DNA from: Candidatus Omnitrophota bacterium
Lineage (GTDB): Bacteria; Omnitrophota; Gorgyraeia; Zapsychrales; Zapsychraceae
Length of the DNA: 64,000 nucleotides
Assembly: GCA_015233115.1 (NCBI GenBank)
Contig: JADFYJ010000007.1
Span: forward strand, 40,885-104,884
Direction: 5' to 3'
Positions 18,833 through 30,200 of the stretch are shown one piece after another. Position numbers and translations under genes: made by a program. Under the pieces are notes generated by a model. The model was not told the DNA's origin, searched no databases, and was given only the letters and a program-made list of their open reading frames with translations. Position 1 is the stretch's first letter; every line of letters starts with the position of its first letter.

Positions 18833-19807
18833 TCATTTCACGGCTTCCTGGGCATATTCTGGCACGATTAGCTCATTGACAACCTTTGTCACATCAACCG
18901 TATCGGCGATAACCCCATTCTTCTTGAGCACTTCTCCGGCTGCGGCAATGACTGACTTCTGTATTTCACCGATCTTTGAATCACTAATGTCCGTACGTTC
19001 ACCGAGCACCTTTTCAGCAACCGGTCCAGTAACTTTGGCCTGCGCTTCAAACAAAGTCTTAAATTCCAGCGGATTAGCGATTGCCCAGAGACGCGCCTTT
19101 TCATAAGCTTGCAATACCCGGGTGATCATCCCTGGATGATTTTGAATAAAATCTTCTCTCGTATTCAGGAGTCCATAGGTGTTCAGGTCCGCGTCACGAT
19201 GGAACAGGATAGCGCCATTATCAACTTCAGCCTGAGCCAATAAAGGATCAAGCCCTGCCCACGCATCCACCTCGCCGCGCAATAGTGCATCTTTACCGTC
19301 GGCATGTTGTAACGCTACAAATTGGATGTCTTTCAAGGTCATCCCATCTTCAGCTAAAGCTCTCACCAAAAACACGAAGGGATCCGTACCGAGCGTTGCC
19401 GCGACTTTTTTGCCTTTCAGATCAGCTACTGTCTTGATTCCGCTCTTATTCAAAGTGACAAGGGCAGTCCATTCTGGCTTGGAAAATACGTAAATCGACT
19501 TGACCGGATTATCCTTGGCACGGGAAATGAACGCAGCCGCACCAGCGGCAGAGGCGAAGTCCACAGTTTTACTATTCAAAGCTTCCAGCGCTTTATTACT
19601 ACCCTGACTCAAAACCCATTCGACCTTGATTCCATCGCGGCTTAAGTCTTCTTCCAAAAATCCTTTTTCTTTCAAAACGAGGCTGACCGGATTATAGTTT
19701 GCATAATCCAGCTTTACGACGTTGAGTTTTTCTTCCGCGCACGAACTTTTGATCCCAATGGTCAAGATGGCCATTATTGCAATGATTATTTTCTTGAGTC
19801 TGCTCAT
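18833..19807 (-). CDS. ABC transporter substrate-binding protein, NMT1/THI5-SsuA/TauA-like (orphan)
   Basis: Signal peptide and NitT/TauT-type SBP fold features. No permease or ATPase gene is adjacent. Confidence 0.6.
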   Translation of the reverse strand: MSRLKKIIIAIMAILTIGIKSSCAEEKLNVVKLDYANYNPVSLVLKEKGFLEEDLSRDGIKVEWVLSQGSNKALEALNSKTVDFASAAGAAAFISRAKDNPVKSIYVFSKPEWTALVTLNKSGIKTVADLKGKKVAATLGTDPFVFLVRALAEDGMTLKDIQFVALQHADGKDALLRGEVDAWAGLDPLLAQAEVDNGAILFHRDADLNTYGLLNTREDFIQNHPGMITRVLQAYEKARLWAIANPLEFKTLFEAQAKVTGPVAEKVLGERTDISDSKIGEIQKSVIAAAGEVLKKNGVIADTVDVTKVVNELIVPEYAQEAVK

Positions 19808-20024
19808 TTTTGTTTTCCTTTCGAATTAATATTATCATGGTTCAGCTGGATTAAATTAAAGGTCAGTTAAAACATTCAAATCAATTTAATTTTTATTTTC
19901 GGTGATAAATCATCGTTTGTAAATATAAATTTTTTTTATATAATTGATAAATAAAATGCTGTAAATATTTAATAATAAGCAATTTATTCGCGATGGAATT
20001 TTGAGTAACCGCAAAGGAGACAGC

Positions 20025-21944
20025 ATGTGGAAAAATATGAGTTTGTCAATGAAGCTGGGCTTGGGCTTTGGAGTCGTGCTTTTCATTACAATCATATTAG
20101 GCGTTACAGCGGTGGTGAACATGAAAACCGCTGCGCAAACAGCTAATATACTGGTGAAAGAGAACGTCCCTGAAGTCGAGGTGGCCCACAACATCGAACG
20201 TTGGTCGCTCAAAACATTGCACGAAATGCGCGGTTATGCCTATACAGAGGAAGTAAAATTTTTGGATCAGGCCAGGTTTAACCTGGCCCAAACGAAAAAA
20301 TATCTAGCTGATGCCAAGGCCGACGGAGAAAGATTTCCGCGGTTGACAAAGTTGAAAGAAGCTGCCCAAAAAGCGGAAACCGCTGTATCGAGGTATGAAA
20401 CCCTTGTTGGCGCAACAATAGATCTTACCACTCGGCTGCAAGAGTATCGCAGGACGGCCGAGTTTGCCGCCGTGGTATACATTGACAGTTGTTATAAATT
20501 GTTAGATTCGCAAGAAAAGCAAATGAATCAAAATTTGAATAAGGACATTATTGATAAAAAGGCCATTGAACTTGATCTGAGACAGTCTCAATTAAGCCAT
20601 GACCTTATTGATGTTGTCAACAGGATCATCGCCGGGACATGGAAATCGCAGTTTCTCCGTGACGCGAAACAATTCTCACAAGTTCAAATGCTTTTTGATA
20701 ATCTTTATAAAAAATCAGACGCGCTTCGAGCCGTCACCACGAACCCTGAGGAGATCAAGCTTATCGATAAGAATTTAGCGGCTGCCAAAAAATACCAAGC
20801 TCAGATGGTTAGCTTGTCGAAAGGATGGGTCAAAAGTGATGAACTTGGTAAAAAACGTCTAGAAGTTGCTGGCGAAGTCATTGAATTAGCAAAAACTACG
20901 GCTGAGCTCGGAATGGCGGATACGAAAATGAGTTCAGAGAACGCCGCAAAAGCTTTGGAAACGTCGTCAGCCATAATGATCATTGGTCTTATGATCGGCA
21001 CTATAATCGCGATTATTTTTGCATTTATTCTCACCGCTGCCATCACAAATCCCATCTTTAAAAATGTTCGAGTCATGAAGGCCATGGCGGAAGGCAACTT
21101 GACGCAGCGGCTCGGGTTCAACAGCAAGGATGAAATCGGAACAATGGCCAAATCTGTAGATACTCTGTCAGATAACCTGTCTAAGATGATCGGTCAGATC
21201 CAAACTTCAGCAGAACAACTCATAGTTGCGACCGAAGAGGTGACGGCCTCATCTCAACAGATTTCCGATGGCGCTCAGCAGCAATCAGCGTCCTTTGAAA
21301 CTCTGTCAAGTTCAGTTCAAATCAATGCAAGAAATGTGCAAGACGCCAACCAAATCTCTCAACAAATGGCCCAAGAAGCACAAAAAGCCGGACAGGCTAT
21401 AGAAAAAAATGTTGAGGCTATGTCAGGTATTAAAAAAGGATCTGAACAAATGACTGATGCGGTGGACTTGATTACAGATATAGCCGATCAGACTAACCTA
21501 CTAGCCTTAAACGCTGCCATCGAAGCAGCACGTGCCGGTGAGAATGGAAAAGGGTTTGCGGTTGTGGCAGATGAAGTGCGCAAGCTAGCCGAGCGTTCTG
21601 CCACAGCGGCCAAAGAGATACAAAACCTTATAAAAATGAATCTTCATCAGGTTCAGACCGGTGTGACAATTTCTAAAGAAGTTGGGCAGATCGTGAGAGG
21701 CATCATTGAAAACATCAAGAAGGTGGCAGATCAATTGCAGTCAGCGGCTGACTCCTCACAAGAGCAGGCTGCCGCCATGGAACAAAACACGTCCATAACG
21801 GATTCTAATGCTTCAGCTGCCGAACAATTGGCCAGTTCCGCTGAAGAGATGTCTTCTCAGGCAGAGATTTTGCGAAATATGGTCGCACGCTTTAAGACAA
21901 ATAAAACTAAAGAAAATAGTGAAGAATCTTTACGCATTCTCTAA
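20025..21944 (+). CDS. Methyl-accepting chemotaxis protein
   Basis: Two TMs, a HAMP domain and a conserved signalling domain ([32 protein letters not shown]). The start is at MWKN after a ggaga RBS. Confidence 0.85.
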   Translation: MWKNMSLSMKLGLGFGVVLFITIILGVTAVVNMKTAAQTANILVKENVPEVEVAHNIERWSLKTLHEMRGYAYTEEVKFLDQARFNLAQTKKYLADAKADGERFPRLTKLKEAAQKAETAVSRYETLVGATIDLTTRLQEYRRTAEFAAVVYIDSCYKLLDSQEKQMNQNLNKDIIDKKAIELDLRQSQLSHDLIDVVNRIIAGTWKSQFLRDAKQFSQVQMLFDNLYKKSDALRAVTTNPEEIKLIDKNLAAAKKYQAQMVSLSKGWVKSDELGKKRLEVAGEVIELAKTTAELGMADTKMSSENAAKALETSSAIMIIGLMIGTIIAIIFAFILTAAITNPIFKNVRVMKAMAEGNLTQRLGFNSKDEIGTMAKSVDTLSDNLSKMIGQIQTSAEQLIVATEEVTASSQQISDGAQQQSASFETLSSSVQINARNVQDANQISQQMAQEAQKAGQAIEKNVEAMSGIKKGSEQMTDAVDLITDIADQTNLLALNAAIEAARAGENGKGFAVVADEVRKLAERSATAAKEIQNLIKMNLHQVQTGVTISKEVGQIVRGIIENIKKVADQLQSAADSSQEQAAAMEQNTSITDSNASAAEQLASSAEEMSSQAEILRNMVARFKTNKTKENSEESLRIL

Positions 21945-22044
21945 TTTTTTCTGATTTTTTTACTTTTCTCTTTCCAATCATTAAATTTTGTGTAAAATAG
22001 AAAAGGTTTAAAAATCCAAAACTCTATATTAAAGGAAATAAATT

Positions 22045-22671
22045 ATGTTCGCCGCCTTTTTACCCAAAGAATTCAATTTCTTCGATCTTTTTGAAAAACA
22101 AGTCGGATTTGCCGGAGACGCGGCGCGATATTTCAAAGAATTAGTCACCAAAGGCGCTATTGATGAAAATTCGCTCAGCAAAATGCATGACATTGAACAC
22201 CAAAGCGATGACGTATCCCACGAAATCATTGACCGCTTAAATAAAACCTTTATTACTCCGTTTGACCGGGAAGATATTCATTCGCTAACTAAAGAGCTGG
22301 ATGATATCATTGACATGCTTTATACCATTGTCAGCCGGATGAAAGTTTATAAAATTTCTGGAGCCAACAAACAACTGATCGATTTCGCGGTTGTCATCGA
22401 ACAGTCTGTTGCCAGCGTTGCCGCGGCTGTTAAAGCTATGCGCCACATGAAACACTCTAAAACTATTACGGATGCCTGTGTAGAAGTCAACCGGTTAGAA
22501 AATGTTGGCGATACCATGCGGGATAAAGCGTTAGAGCAATTATTCGAAAATGAAAAAGATCCTATTGTGGTTATCAAATGGAAAGAAATCTTCCAATACT
22601 CAGAAACAGTTCTGGATATCTGCGAAGACGTCGTCCACGTCATTGAATCAATCTTTGTGAAACAGGCATAA
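22045..22671 (+). CDS. DUF47 family (PhoU-like) Pit accessory protein
   Basis: TIGR00153-like sequence located immediately upstream of the PiT gene. Confidence 0.65.
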   Translation: MFAAFLPKEFNFFDLFEKQVGFAGDAARYFKELVTKGAIDENSLSKMHDIEHQSDDVSHEIIDRLNKTFITPFDREDIHSLTKELDDIIDMLYTIVSRMKVYKISGANKQLIDFAVVIEQSVASVAAAVKAMRHMKHSKTITDACVEVNRLENVGDTMRDKALEQLFENEKDPIVVIKWKEIFQYSETVLDICEDVVHVIESIFVKQA

Positions 22672-22673
22672 TT

Positions 22674-23657
22674 ATGACCATCAGCTTAATTTTATTAATA
22701 CTCCTGGCGCTGGTTTTTGATTTTTTAAATGGATTTCATGATTCAGCCAATTCCATAGCCACAGTTGTTTCAACCAGAGTTTTATCTCCCCGTTATGCTG
22801 TGATGTGGGCCGCTTTCTTTAATTTTATCGCGTTTTTATTCTTCGGAACTCATGTCGCGAATACTATCGGAAAAGGCATCATTGATATCACCATTGTTGA
22901 CCAGAATATTATTTTGGGAGTATTGGTGAGCGCCTGCACTTGGAACATACTCACCTGGTATCTTGGTTTGCCGACAAGTTCCTCTCATGCCTTGATCGGA
23001 GGGATGATTGGCGCCGCGCTCGTTAAAGCCGGGCCAAAATCTTTGGTTTGGGCTGGCATTTTTAAAACTGTCACGTTTATTATCATTGCTCCGTTAATTG
23101 GACTTTTTTTAGGTTTGTCACTCGGAATAATCATTTATTGGGTTTGCCGTAAAAGTACCCCGCTAAAAGTAGATAATTTTTTTAGAAAAGGCCAGCTATT
23201 TTCTGCCTCGCTATATAGTTTAGGCCACGGTGGCAATGACGCGCAGAAAACCATGGGGATCATTGGCGTTTTACTTTTTAGCGCGGGTTTGCTGGGCCCC
23301 AAATTCCATATTCCTTTCTGGGTCGTCATTGTCTGTCAAGCGGCGATTGCGTTAGGCACTTTATTCGGGGGATGGCGCATTGTTAAAACTATGGGACAAA
23401 AAGTTGCTAAACTTAAACCCATCGACGGTTTTTGCGCTGAGTCAGGGGCCGCTATCACACTTTTCGCATCTTCATATTTTGGCATCCCGGTCAGCACAAC
23501 CCATACTATTACCGGCGCGATTATGGGCATTGGTTCCTTAAAACGCTTAAGCGCGGTCAAATGGGGGGTAGCTGGCCGCATAATCTGGGCCTGGATTTTA
23601 ACCATTCCCTGTTCCGCGGCTATTTCTGCCGCTGTTTACTACTTTACGACAAAGTAA
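22674..23657 (+). CDS. pitA: Inorganic phosphate transporter, PiT family
   Basis: GFHDSANSIAT and GGNDAQKTMGII PiT signature repeats. Confidence 0.85.
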   Translation: MTISLILLILLALVFDFLNGFHDSANSIATVVSTRVLSPRYAVMWAAFFNFIAFLFFGTHVANTIGKGIIDITIVDQNIILGVLVSACTWNILTWYLGLPTSSSHALIGGMIGAALVKAGPKSLVWAGIFKTVTFIIIAPLIGLFLGLSLGIIIYWVCRKSTPLKVDNFFRKGQLFSASLYSLGHGGNDAQKTMGIIGVLLFSAGLLGPKFHIPFWVVIVCQAAIALGTLFGGWRIVKTMGQKVAKLKPIDGFCAESGAAITLFASSYFGIPVSTTHTITGAIMGIGSLKRLSAVKWGVAGRIIWAWILTIPCSAAISAAVYYFTTK

Positions 23658-23681
23658 TAAAACGAAGAGAAAGGCCCACCA

Positions 23682-24419
23682 TTGAAAAAAAATTTGATTT
23701 TATTTTTTCTCATGCCGCTGCTTTTAACTGGCTGCGTTTCAACATTACGAACCTCACCGGATTACACGCGTTCTATTCCCGCAATTAAAACCATTGCCGT
23801 CATGCCCATCGACATCAAAGTTTGGAGTTTAACGGCTGGAGGAGTAAAAGAGCTCCGCGATGACTGGTCTGAACAAGCCAATCATTTTGTCCTGCAAGCT
23901 TTAATGACAAATCTTCAATCAATACCCGGTATACAGGTTAAATTTATTAACAAAGATTGGATGAATTCACACTTAAATGATAAGTGGAAAAAAAATTGGG
24001 CGTTGTATCAAGCTGTCGCATTTTCCGCCAGTACACATGCTTTTGCCAATTCCCAATATTATTCTCAGCCGTTTTCCACAAAAATAAAAAAATTTGATTA
24101 TACGTTAGGCGCTGAAATTACCGCTATATCTAGAGATTTAAATGCTGACGCAATACTTTTTGTTTATGGATTTGATCATGAAGCAACCTTAGGCAGAAAG
24201 GCTAGCCTTTGGTGGAATGTGTTTATGGGCGCGTTTACGGGCATAACCATGATACCGTTAAATCCCAGTTTCATGTCACTGGGGCTGGTCAACGCGTCGA
24301 ATGGAAACCTGGATTGGTACAAAACTACCCCGCCTGATAATGAGTACAGTTTTCGCAACCCTCACCATATAGAAGACATAATCAAATGGCTCACGCGCGA
24401 TTTTTTGACACAAAAATAA
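23682..24419 (+). CDS. Hypothetical lipoprotein
   Basis: Lipobox LLTGC; TTG start. Confidence 0.45.
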   Translation: MKKNLILFFLMPLLLTGCVSTLRTSPDYTRSIPAIKTIAVMPIDIKVWSLTAGGVKELRDDWSEQANHFVLQALMTNLQSIPGIQVKFINKDWMNSHLNDKWKKNWALYQAVAFSASTHAFANSQYYSQPFSTKIKKFDYTLGAEITAISRDLNADAILFVYGFDHEATLGRKASLWWNVFMGAFTGITMIPLNPSFMSLGLVNASNGNLDWYKTTPPDNEYSFRNPHHIEDIIKWLTRDFLTQK

Positions 24420-25582
24420 TTCTGTTCATCAGTTTACTATCCCTAGCCGGATGCGCGACTGTTAATGTTGCCAACGTAGGAGAAAAAGGGTACAAACTTG
24501 CCGATGATGAGCAACGTCTGATTAAACGCGTGGAAGAATTTTCTGAAATACTAGATGGTTCTGATTATATTTACCATAATCAGGCCTTAGAAGATTATTT
24601 GCGCCAAATGGCCAGCCAATTACTCCCAGCCCGAGCTAGGGAAAGTGGAATATCCATTAACGTAAAAATGTTAAAAGATCCGGAATTTAACGCATTTTCA
24701 TTTTCAAACGGAAAAATTTATATCCACTCGGGAATTATCGCTGCCTGTGAAAATGAAGCGCAGCTGGCTGCTCTGCTTGGCCATGAAATCGGGCACGTGG
24801 TCAACAGACACGCGTTAAAAGAATTTCGGGCCACAATCAATAAATCCGCTTTTATGTCTGCCATGTCCGGGTTGGGATTAGCCGGCGCCATTATGCAAAT
24901 TGGAACAATGTCGTCAGCAGCAGGATATTCTCAACATTTAGAATTCGAAGCTGATGAATTAGGTTTCACGATGATGAAAGATAACGGATATGATGTTCAC
25001 GAAAGCAAAATATTATTCCAAAGCCTGGAAAAACACCTCGCGGAGGAAGAAATCAAAACGCCTTTTTTCTTTTCGTCGCATCCTCAAGTCAAAAGTAGAA
25101 TCAGCAGTTTTCAGCATCTCATCGATCAAACCGGAATGCTCCCCGCCACCAGAATTCAGAATAACCAAATTTTCTATAATCTCACCAAAGATATCCGGAA
25201 AATTAATATTGAATTATGCCTTATGCGCGGTTATTTCAAAACAGCAGAACGGTTTCTTAATCAATACATTAATCTATTTCCAAATGAAGGAAACGGTTAT
25301 TTTCTGAAAGGCGAACTTTTCCGTCAGCGAACCGATATTACCCAAGGCCGGAAAGAGAGAGCAAAATCTGATGATTGGAACACTGCTATCTCCCTTTACG
25401 AACACGCATTAAATCTGGATCCGTCCTTGACAAAAATTTATAAATTTGAGGGGTACATCTACGAAAAAACAAAACAAATGCCCAAAGCGCGGGATGTTTT
25501 TACAAAATATCTTGAGCATAATCCTCAAGCTGAGGACCGCGCGTATATTCAACATTATTTGGATGGAAAGGAAAAGCTCTAA
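24386..25582 (+). CDS. M48-family zinc metallopeptidase with TPR region (BepA/YfgC-like), lipoprotein
   Basis: HEIGHVVNRH (HExxH) and C-terminal TPR-like repeats. Confidence 0.7.
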   Translation: MAHARFFDTKIILFISLLSLAGCATVNVANVGEKGYKLADDEQRLIKRVEEFSEILDGSDYIYHNQALEDYLRQMASQLLPARARESGISINVKMLKDPEFNAFSFSNGKIYIHSGIIAACENEAQLAALLGHEIGHVVNRHALKEFRATINKSAFMSAMSGLGLAGAIMQIGTMSSAAGYSQHLEFEADELGFTMMKDNGYDVHESKILFQSLEKHLAEEEIKTPFFFSSHPQVKSRISSFQHLIDQTGMLPATRIQNNQIFYNLTKDIRKINIELCLMRGYFKTAERFLNQYINLFPNEGNGYFLKGELFRQRTDITQGRKERAKSDDWNTAISLYEHALNLDPSLTKIYKFEGYIYEKTKQMPKARDVFTKYLEHNPQAEDRAYIQHYLDGKEKL

Positions 25583-26145
25583 TGAAAACGGGCAAAATTT
25601 TATTTTTTATCATGACCAGTGCATTTCTTTTTTCTGGATGCGCCCTACCTTTGTGGACGCATCTTAATGAACAGGATTACCGCGACAACTCCAGATCATT
25701 CAGCGCAAGACTTCCGCAGGATTGGATGAAATTAAATTTTAACAAGAATTTTTTTATTACCAAAGACGGACTTTCCCTTAACCTGATCATGGTTAGCAGA
25801 TTGTCTATAAAAGACCGCCTCGAATTTACCAATAAAAAATATGAACGCGACATGCTGGTCACCGATTTGGCTGAAATTGAAAAAGATAACTTGAGCTTAA
25901 ATAAAAACTGGCTGCAATTCAAAATTTTGTCCAATGAGCCTCTGAGAATTTCCAATTATGACGGTTACAGGCTGGAATATTCTTATGAAACCAAAAACGG
26001 GCTTCCAATACGCGGAATTTTATGCGGTTTTCAACATAATGCATGGATTTACCAAATACGTTTTGAAGCGACAGAACAACATTATTACGAGGAAAATGTC
26101 AAAATCTTTGAAAAATTTCTAAGCTCCTTTAGACTCATAAAATAA
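25582..26145 (+). CDS. Hypothetical lipoprotein
   Basis: Lipobox FSGC. Confidence 0.45.
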   Translation: MKTGKILFFIMTSAFLFSGCALPLWTHLNEQDYRDNSRSFSARLPQDWMKLNFNKNFFITKDGLSLNLIMVSRLSIKDRLEFTNKKYERDMLVTDLAEIEKDNLSLNKNWLQFKILSNEPLRISNYDGYRLEYSYETKNGLPIRGILCGFQHNAWIYQIRFEATEQHYYEENVKIFEKFLSSFRLIK

Positions 26146-26179
26146 AAGTTGTATCAAAATTATTTTCAATTAATATATT

Positions 26180-27220
26180 GTGATGAACGCTTCCTCAACA
26201 CCATCAACCATCAAAACAAACGACTATTTACACGTCGTTACACAAATCCGGGAAATTTTGCGCAAAGCCAAAACAAAATCCGCGATTTCTTCTGATGACC
26301 ATTTTATCGATATGTATTGGCAGATTGGACGGTGCATGTATCAATATGTTGATACAGACAAGACCCGTTATGGTAAACTTTTTGCCAAACGTCTGGCCCA
26401 GGATGTAGGGGTGGATCGAACTGATTTAATCCGTTCTCTGCAATTCTTCCGTGAATACCATGTTAAAGATGCCCGCTCTAAATTAACTTGGACACATTAC
26501 CGCGTTCTCATGACAGTCAAAGACCTGCAAATCCGCAGAGAATTGGAGCAGCGGGCTTTGCGGGAGACCTGGAGTTCTCGGCAATTAATGGCTCATTCCG
26601 CCCAATACAAAAAACCAGCGCATAAAAAAACAACTGAACAACAAAATCAGACTGAATCGCCTGAATTTAAAATAGGCTGGTTATATACCTACCGGATTAT
26701 CCGCGATCATAATTCGTTGTCTAAATTCTGGATTGATTTAGGATTTAATTTGCGTTTAAGGGTCCCGGAAACAGAACATGTGCATGAAAACGACATTGTA
26801 AGCGCCAATTGGGAAAATGGCAGAATCCTTTTACAAGAAATGCTGGGCCTGGAAGAAAAACTTTTATTCACCTATGGCGCGACTATAGAAAAATTAGGGC
26901 AAGACGGTTCTTTATCTCTTGAAATTGACTGTGGATTCGGGATTCTTTTCCGTCATAAAATCTGGCTTAAAGGGCTCCAGACTATTTTCGTTGATCCCGC
27001 CAAAAATAAAAGAGCTGTTACTTTCCTGGAAAGAAAATTAGCTCCTGGTCAAAAAATTGTCATTAAAATGTTTTGGGAAGAAGGGCAGCGCCCAGCCGCG
27101 AATATATTTTATCATCAGGAAGAAAAAAAATTCAGCGCCATTGCCAAAAACGGTATTTGCCTTAATACAGAAATGCTAGAAATAAAATTCCGGAAACAAA
27201 CCTTAAATTATCTTCATTAA
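26180..27220 (+). CDS. DUF1016 (YhcG N-terminal)-like domain protein with an unrecognised C-terminal domain
   Basis: The N-terminal motifs YWQIGRCMY...RYGKLFAKRLAQDVG...LTWTHYRVL resemble YhcG N-terminal domains. No clear PD-(D/E)xK motif is seen. Confidence 0.35.
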   Translation: MMNASSTPSTIKTNDYLHVVTQIREILRKAKTKSAISSDDHFIDMYWQIGRCMYQYVDTDKTRYGKLFAKRLAQDVGVDRTDLIRSLQFFREYHVKDARSKLTWTHYRVLMTVKDLQIRRELEQRALRETWSSRQLMAHSAQYKKPAHKKTTEQQNQTESPEFKIGWLYTYRIIRDHNSLSKFWIDLGFNLRLRVPETEHVHENDIVSANWENGRILLQEMLGLEEKLLFTYGATIEKLGQDGSLSLEIDCGFGILFRHKIWLKGLQTIFVDPAKNKRAVTFLERKLAPGQKIVIKMFWEEGQRPAANIFYHQEEKKFSAIAKNGICLNTEMLEIKFRKQTLNYLH

Positions 27221-27233
27221 ACGGAGAGCAGTC

Positions 27234-30200
27234 ATGAAAAAATTTTTAAAAATTCTTGGGATTATTTTTTTAATCCTATTCACTTTATTCCTGATCGCGG
27301 TCATTGGAATTTTTATCTTTCTCAAAAATTTTAATATTGTCCAATATAAACCACAAATTATTAAGGCTGCCAGCCAAGCATTAGGCAGGCCGGTTGATTT
27401 TAAAAATATTGATCTCAAAGTTTCATTTAACGATGGGGTTTGGCTGCATTTATCCGATTTAAAAATTGAAGAAAATCCTGATTTTGGTACAGACTCCTTT
27501 TTAACAGCCCAAAACATTCGCGTCGGTGTCGACATCCGCTCCTATATATTTTTCCGCCAAATAAACATACCCAACATTTTAATCGATTCGCCCAAAATAA
27601 ATATTATCCGCGATACGAAAGGAATGTTAAGCGTTCAGACCATAGGTCAGTCGACGACCCCGGCTAAAGAAAAACTGCAAACGCCATCCGCGTCTGCCGC
27701 GGTTCTTCCGGCCATCTTCATTAATTCCTTTAAAATTAATAATGCTGAAATACATATGATCGACAAATCAGTTCTCCCTCAACGCGCAATCGCCGTCACT
27801 CAACTAAATTTATCCACCAAAAATTTTTCCTTAACCAATCCGTTTGACCTGATGGTCGAAGGCGCCTTATTTTCACCTCAACCAGATCTGCGTTTGACTG
27901 GAAAAATTCAACTTAATTTGCCGTCGAATCAAATCAAATTATCGGATTTTGAAATCAACGCTGATCTGAATCAACTTTCCCTGAACGATCTAAAAAATTT
28001 CCCCATGCTAAAAGGGATTCCGTTGCCCACCACACTCAAAGGCCAATTAATAACCAAAATTCAACAAGCAGAAATTTCTGACAAAGGGTTAGGCCCGATT
28101 ATCATGAACATTGAATTCACCAACGGTATCATAATTGCTCCAGACATAACCCCTGGCATAACCTTTGAAGCCAATCATTTGAATTTTTCAGTTAATAATC
28201 TTTCTTTAAGCGGCCAAACCCCGTTTCAGGTCAATCTTAAAGCCGCACTCTACCAAGATCAAACCAATATCAATTTTTCTGGACAAATTTTATTTAATCT
28301 CCAAACTCTAGCCATGAGTTTAGAAAAAGCGCATTTTGAAACTGATTTAGCGCTGTGGCCACTGAAAAAAATCCAAGAATCAATTACTCCTTTAAAAAAT
28401 ATTCCTATCCCAGAACATTTGACCGGTAAATTCCAGACCGATATCCATCAACTGGATGCAACCGCATCTGGTCTAAACAGCGTGTTGCTTGACGCCAAAT
28501 GGGATGACGGAGCATTTGAGCTCAACAATGTTATTCCCGGAAAATCGATCGCGATCAGCAAAACAACTTTAGCCGTTCAAAATTTCTCTATCAACAAACC
28601 ATTTACAATTTCGTTCAAAACAGCTTATTTGAGCGATACTCCCAACATTTCTATTGATGGCAATTCCATTTTTGATATTAAAAATCAATCCATAAATATT
28701 ATAAATATGACTTTGGGTTTAGATCTGGATAATTTTCCGCTTGATCGTTTAAAAGCGACCGGTTTTATCCCGTCGAACGTGCCATTTCCTCAAATCCTGG
28801 GAGGAAAAATCCAAACCCGCATTAACAATTTAGCCGCTTCACCCAAATCCATTGATAACATGAGCATTGACTTGCAATGGCAAAAAGGCAAGATTACGGT
28901 TAATGATATTGCGCCCGGTATTTCCGTCACCGCAAACAATATTAACCTGGATGTTAAAAATTTTTCACTTAAAAATCCATTTGATGTCACCGCCACCCTG
29001 GGTTATGAATCTGAAGAACCAAATATCTACTTCAATGGCACAGCCGCTCTTGATCCTGACACACAAAATATTAAATTAACCAATTCCACGATAAAAACTG
29101 ACTTAGCAAAAATATCTTTGGATCGTTTAAAAGAAACGATCACACCTTTAAAAACCGCCTCTTTACCGGAAATTCTTAAAGGTCAACTTGAACTCGTGAT
29201 TAAAAATTTAACAGCCGGAGCAAAGGGTGTGACGGCCATAGAGGCCAACGCGTCGTTTAAAGATGGAGAGATCAGCATGAAGAATGCCGCCCCGGGTATT
29301 TCATTTGCCGCGTCCCATATTGATATTGATCTAAAAAATTTAGGGCTGGGTACACCCATTGATTTTAATGTCAGCTTGGGTTATCTCCATGATGAGCCCA
29401 ATATCCATGTTAAAGGGACAGCGACTCTAAATTTAACTGATCAAACGGTGTCTCTGAAAAATACCAACTTTAATACGGATCTATCCTCATTCGCGTTGGA
29501 TAAACTGCCATCATCCATTGCCGCGTTAAAAAACGCGTCTTTACCCGAAAAACTACACGGTCAATTTGAAATCAATATTAGTGAGGCGCTGGCAGGACCC
29601 AAAGGATTGTTAACCCTATCCAGTAAAGGATCATTAAAAGACGGTGAAGTCAAACTTAAAGAACTGACAGTCCCCATCAAAGGATTAGATACCACGTTTG
29701 ACTTAACGCAAAATGATTTTACTATGACTGCCATCAAAGCCAATTTAGGAAAAGGTGAAATCACGGCCCAAGCTGATGTGTCCAATTATTTAACTGAACA
29801 AAATTTTAATATAAAAGCTGAAGTTAAAGGAATTGATCTCGCAGAAATCCTTGATCAGCAAAAAGCTTCCGTCAAGATTCAAGGACTGCTATCAGGAGAC
29901 ATCAAAGCGCAAGGGAAGGGGGCGGACCTCAATTCCATAACTGGCAACGGGAAGTTAGATATTAAAGAAGCTAAATTAAAAGATTTAAATGTCTTAAAAA
30001 CGATTTTGGATAAAATCTCTTTTATACCTAACGCATCTTCTCAAATTCAAACCAACCTGCCGGATAAATATAAACAAAAGCTCAATCAACCTGACACAGA
30101 CATCAATAAGATTGCCGTGACTTGCGCCATTGCCAACAGCCAGATTACCATTGATCCCATCGCGGTTGAAGCCGATGAATTTATATTTTCAGGAAAAAGT

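Noticed and set aside
18666-19106. A +-strand 146-aa ORF spanning the dedA end and the antisense strand of the SBP gene
   Set aside because: It overlaps two well-supported genes and has no independent evidence.
26180-27220. YhcG-like PD-(D/E)xK nuclease, as a possible defence gene
   Set aside because: Only the N-terminal DUF1016-like half is recognisable. No convincing nuclease motif was seen in the C-terminal half, so no nuclease or defence call is made.
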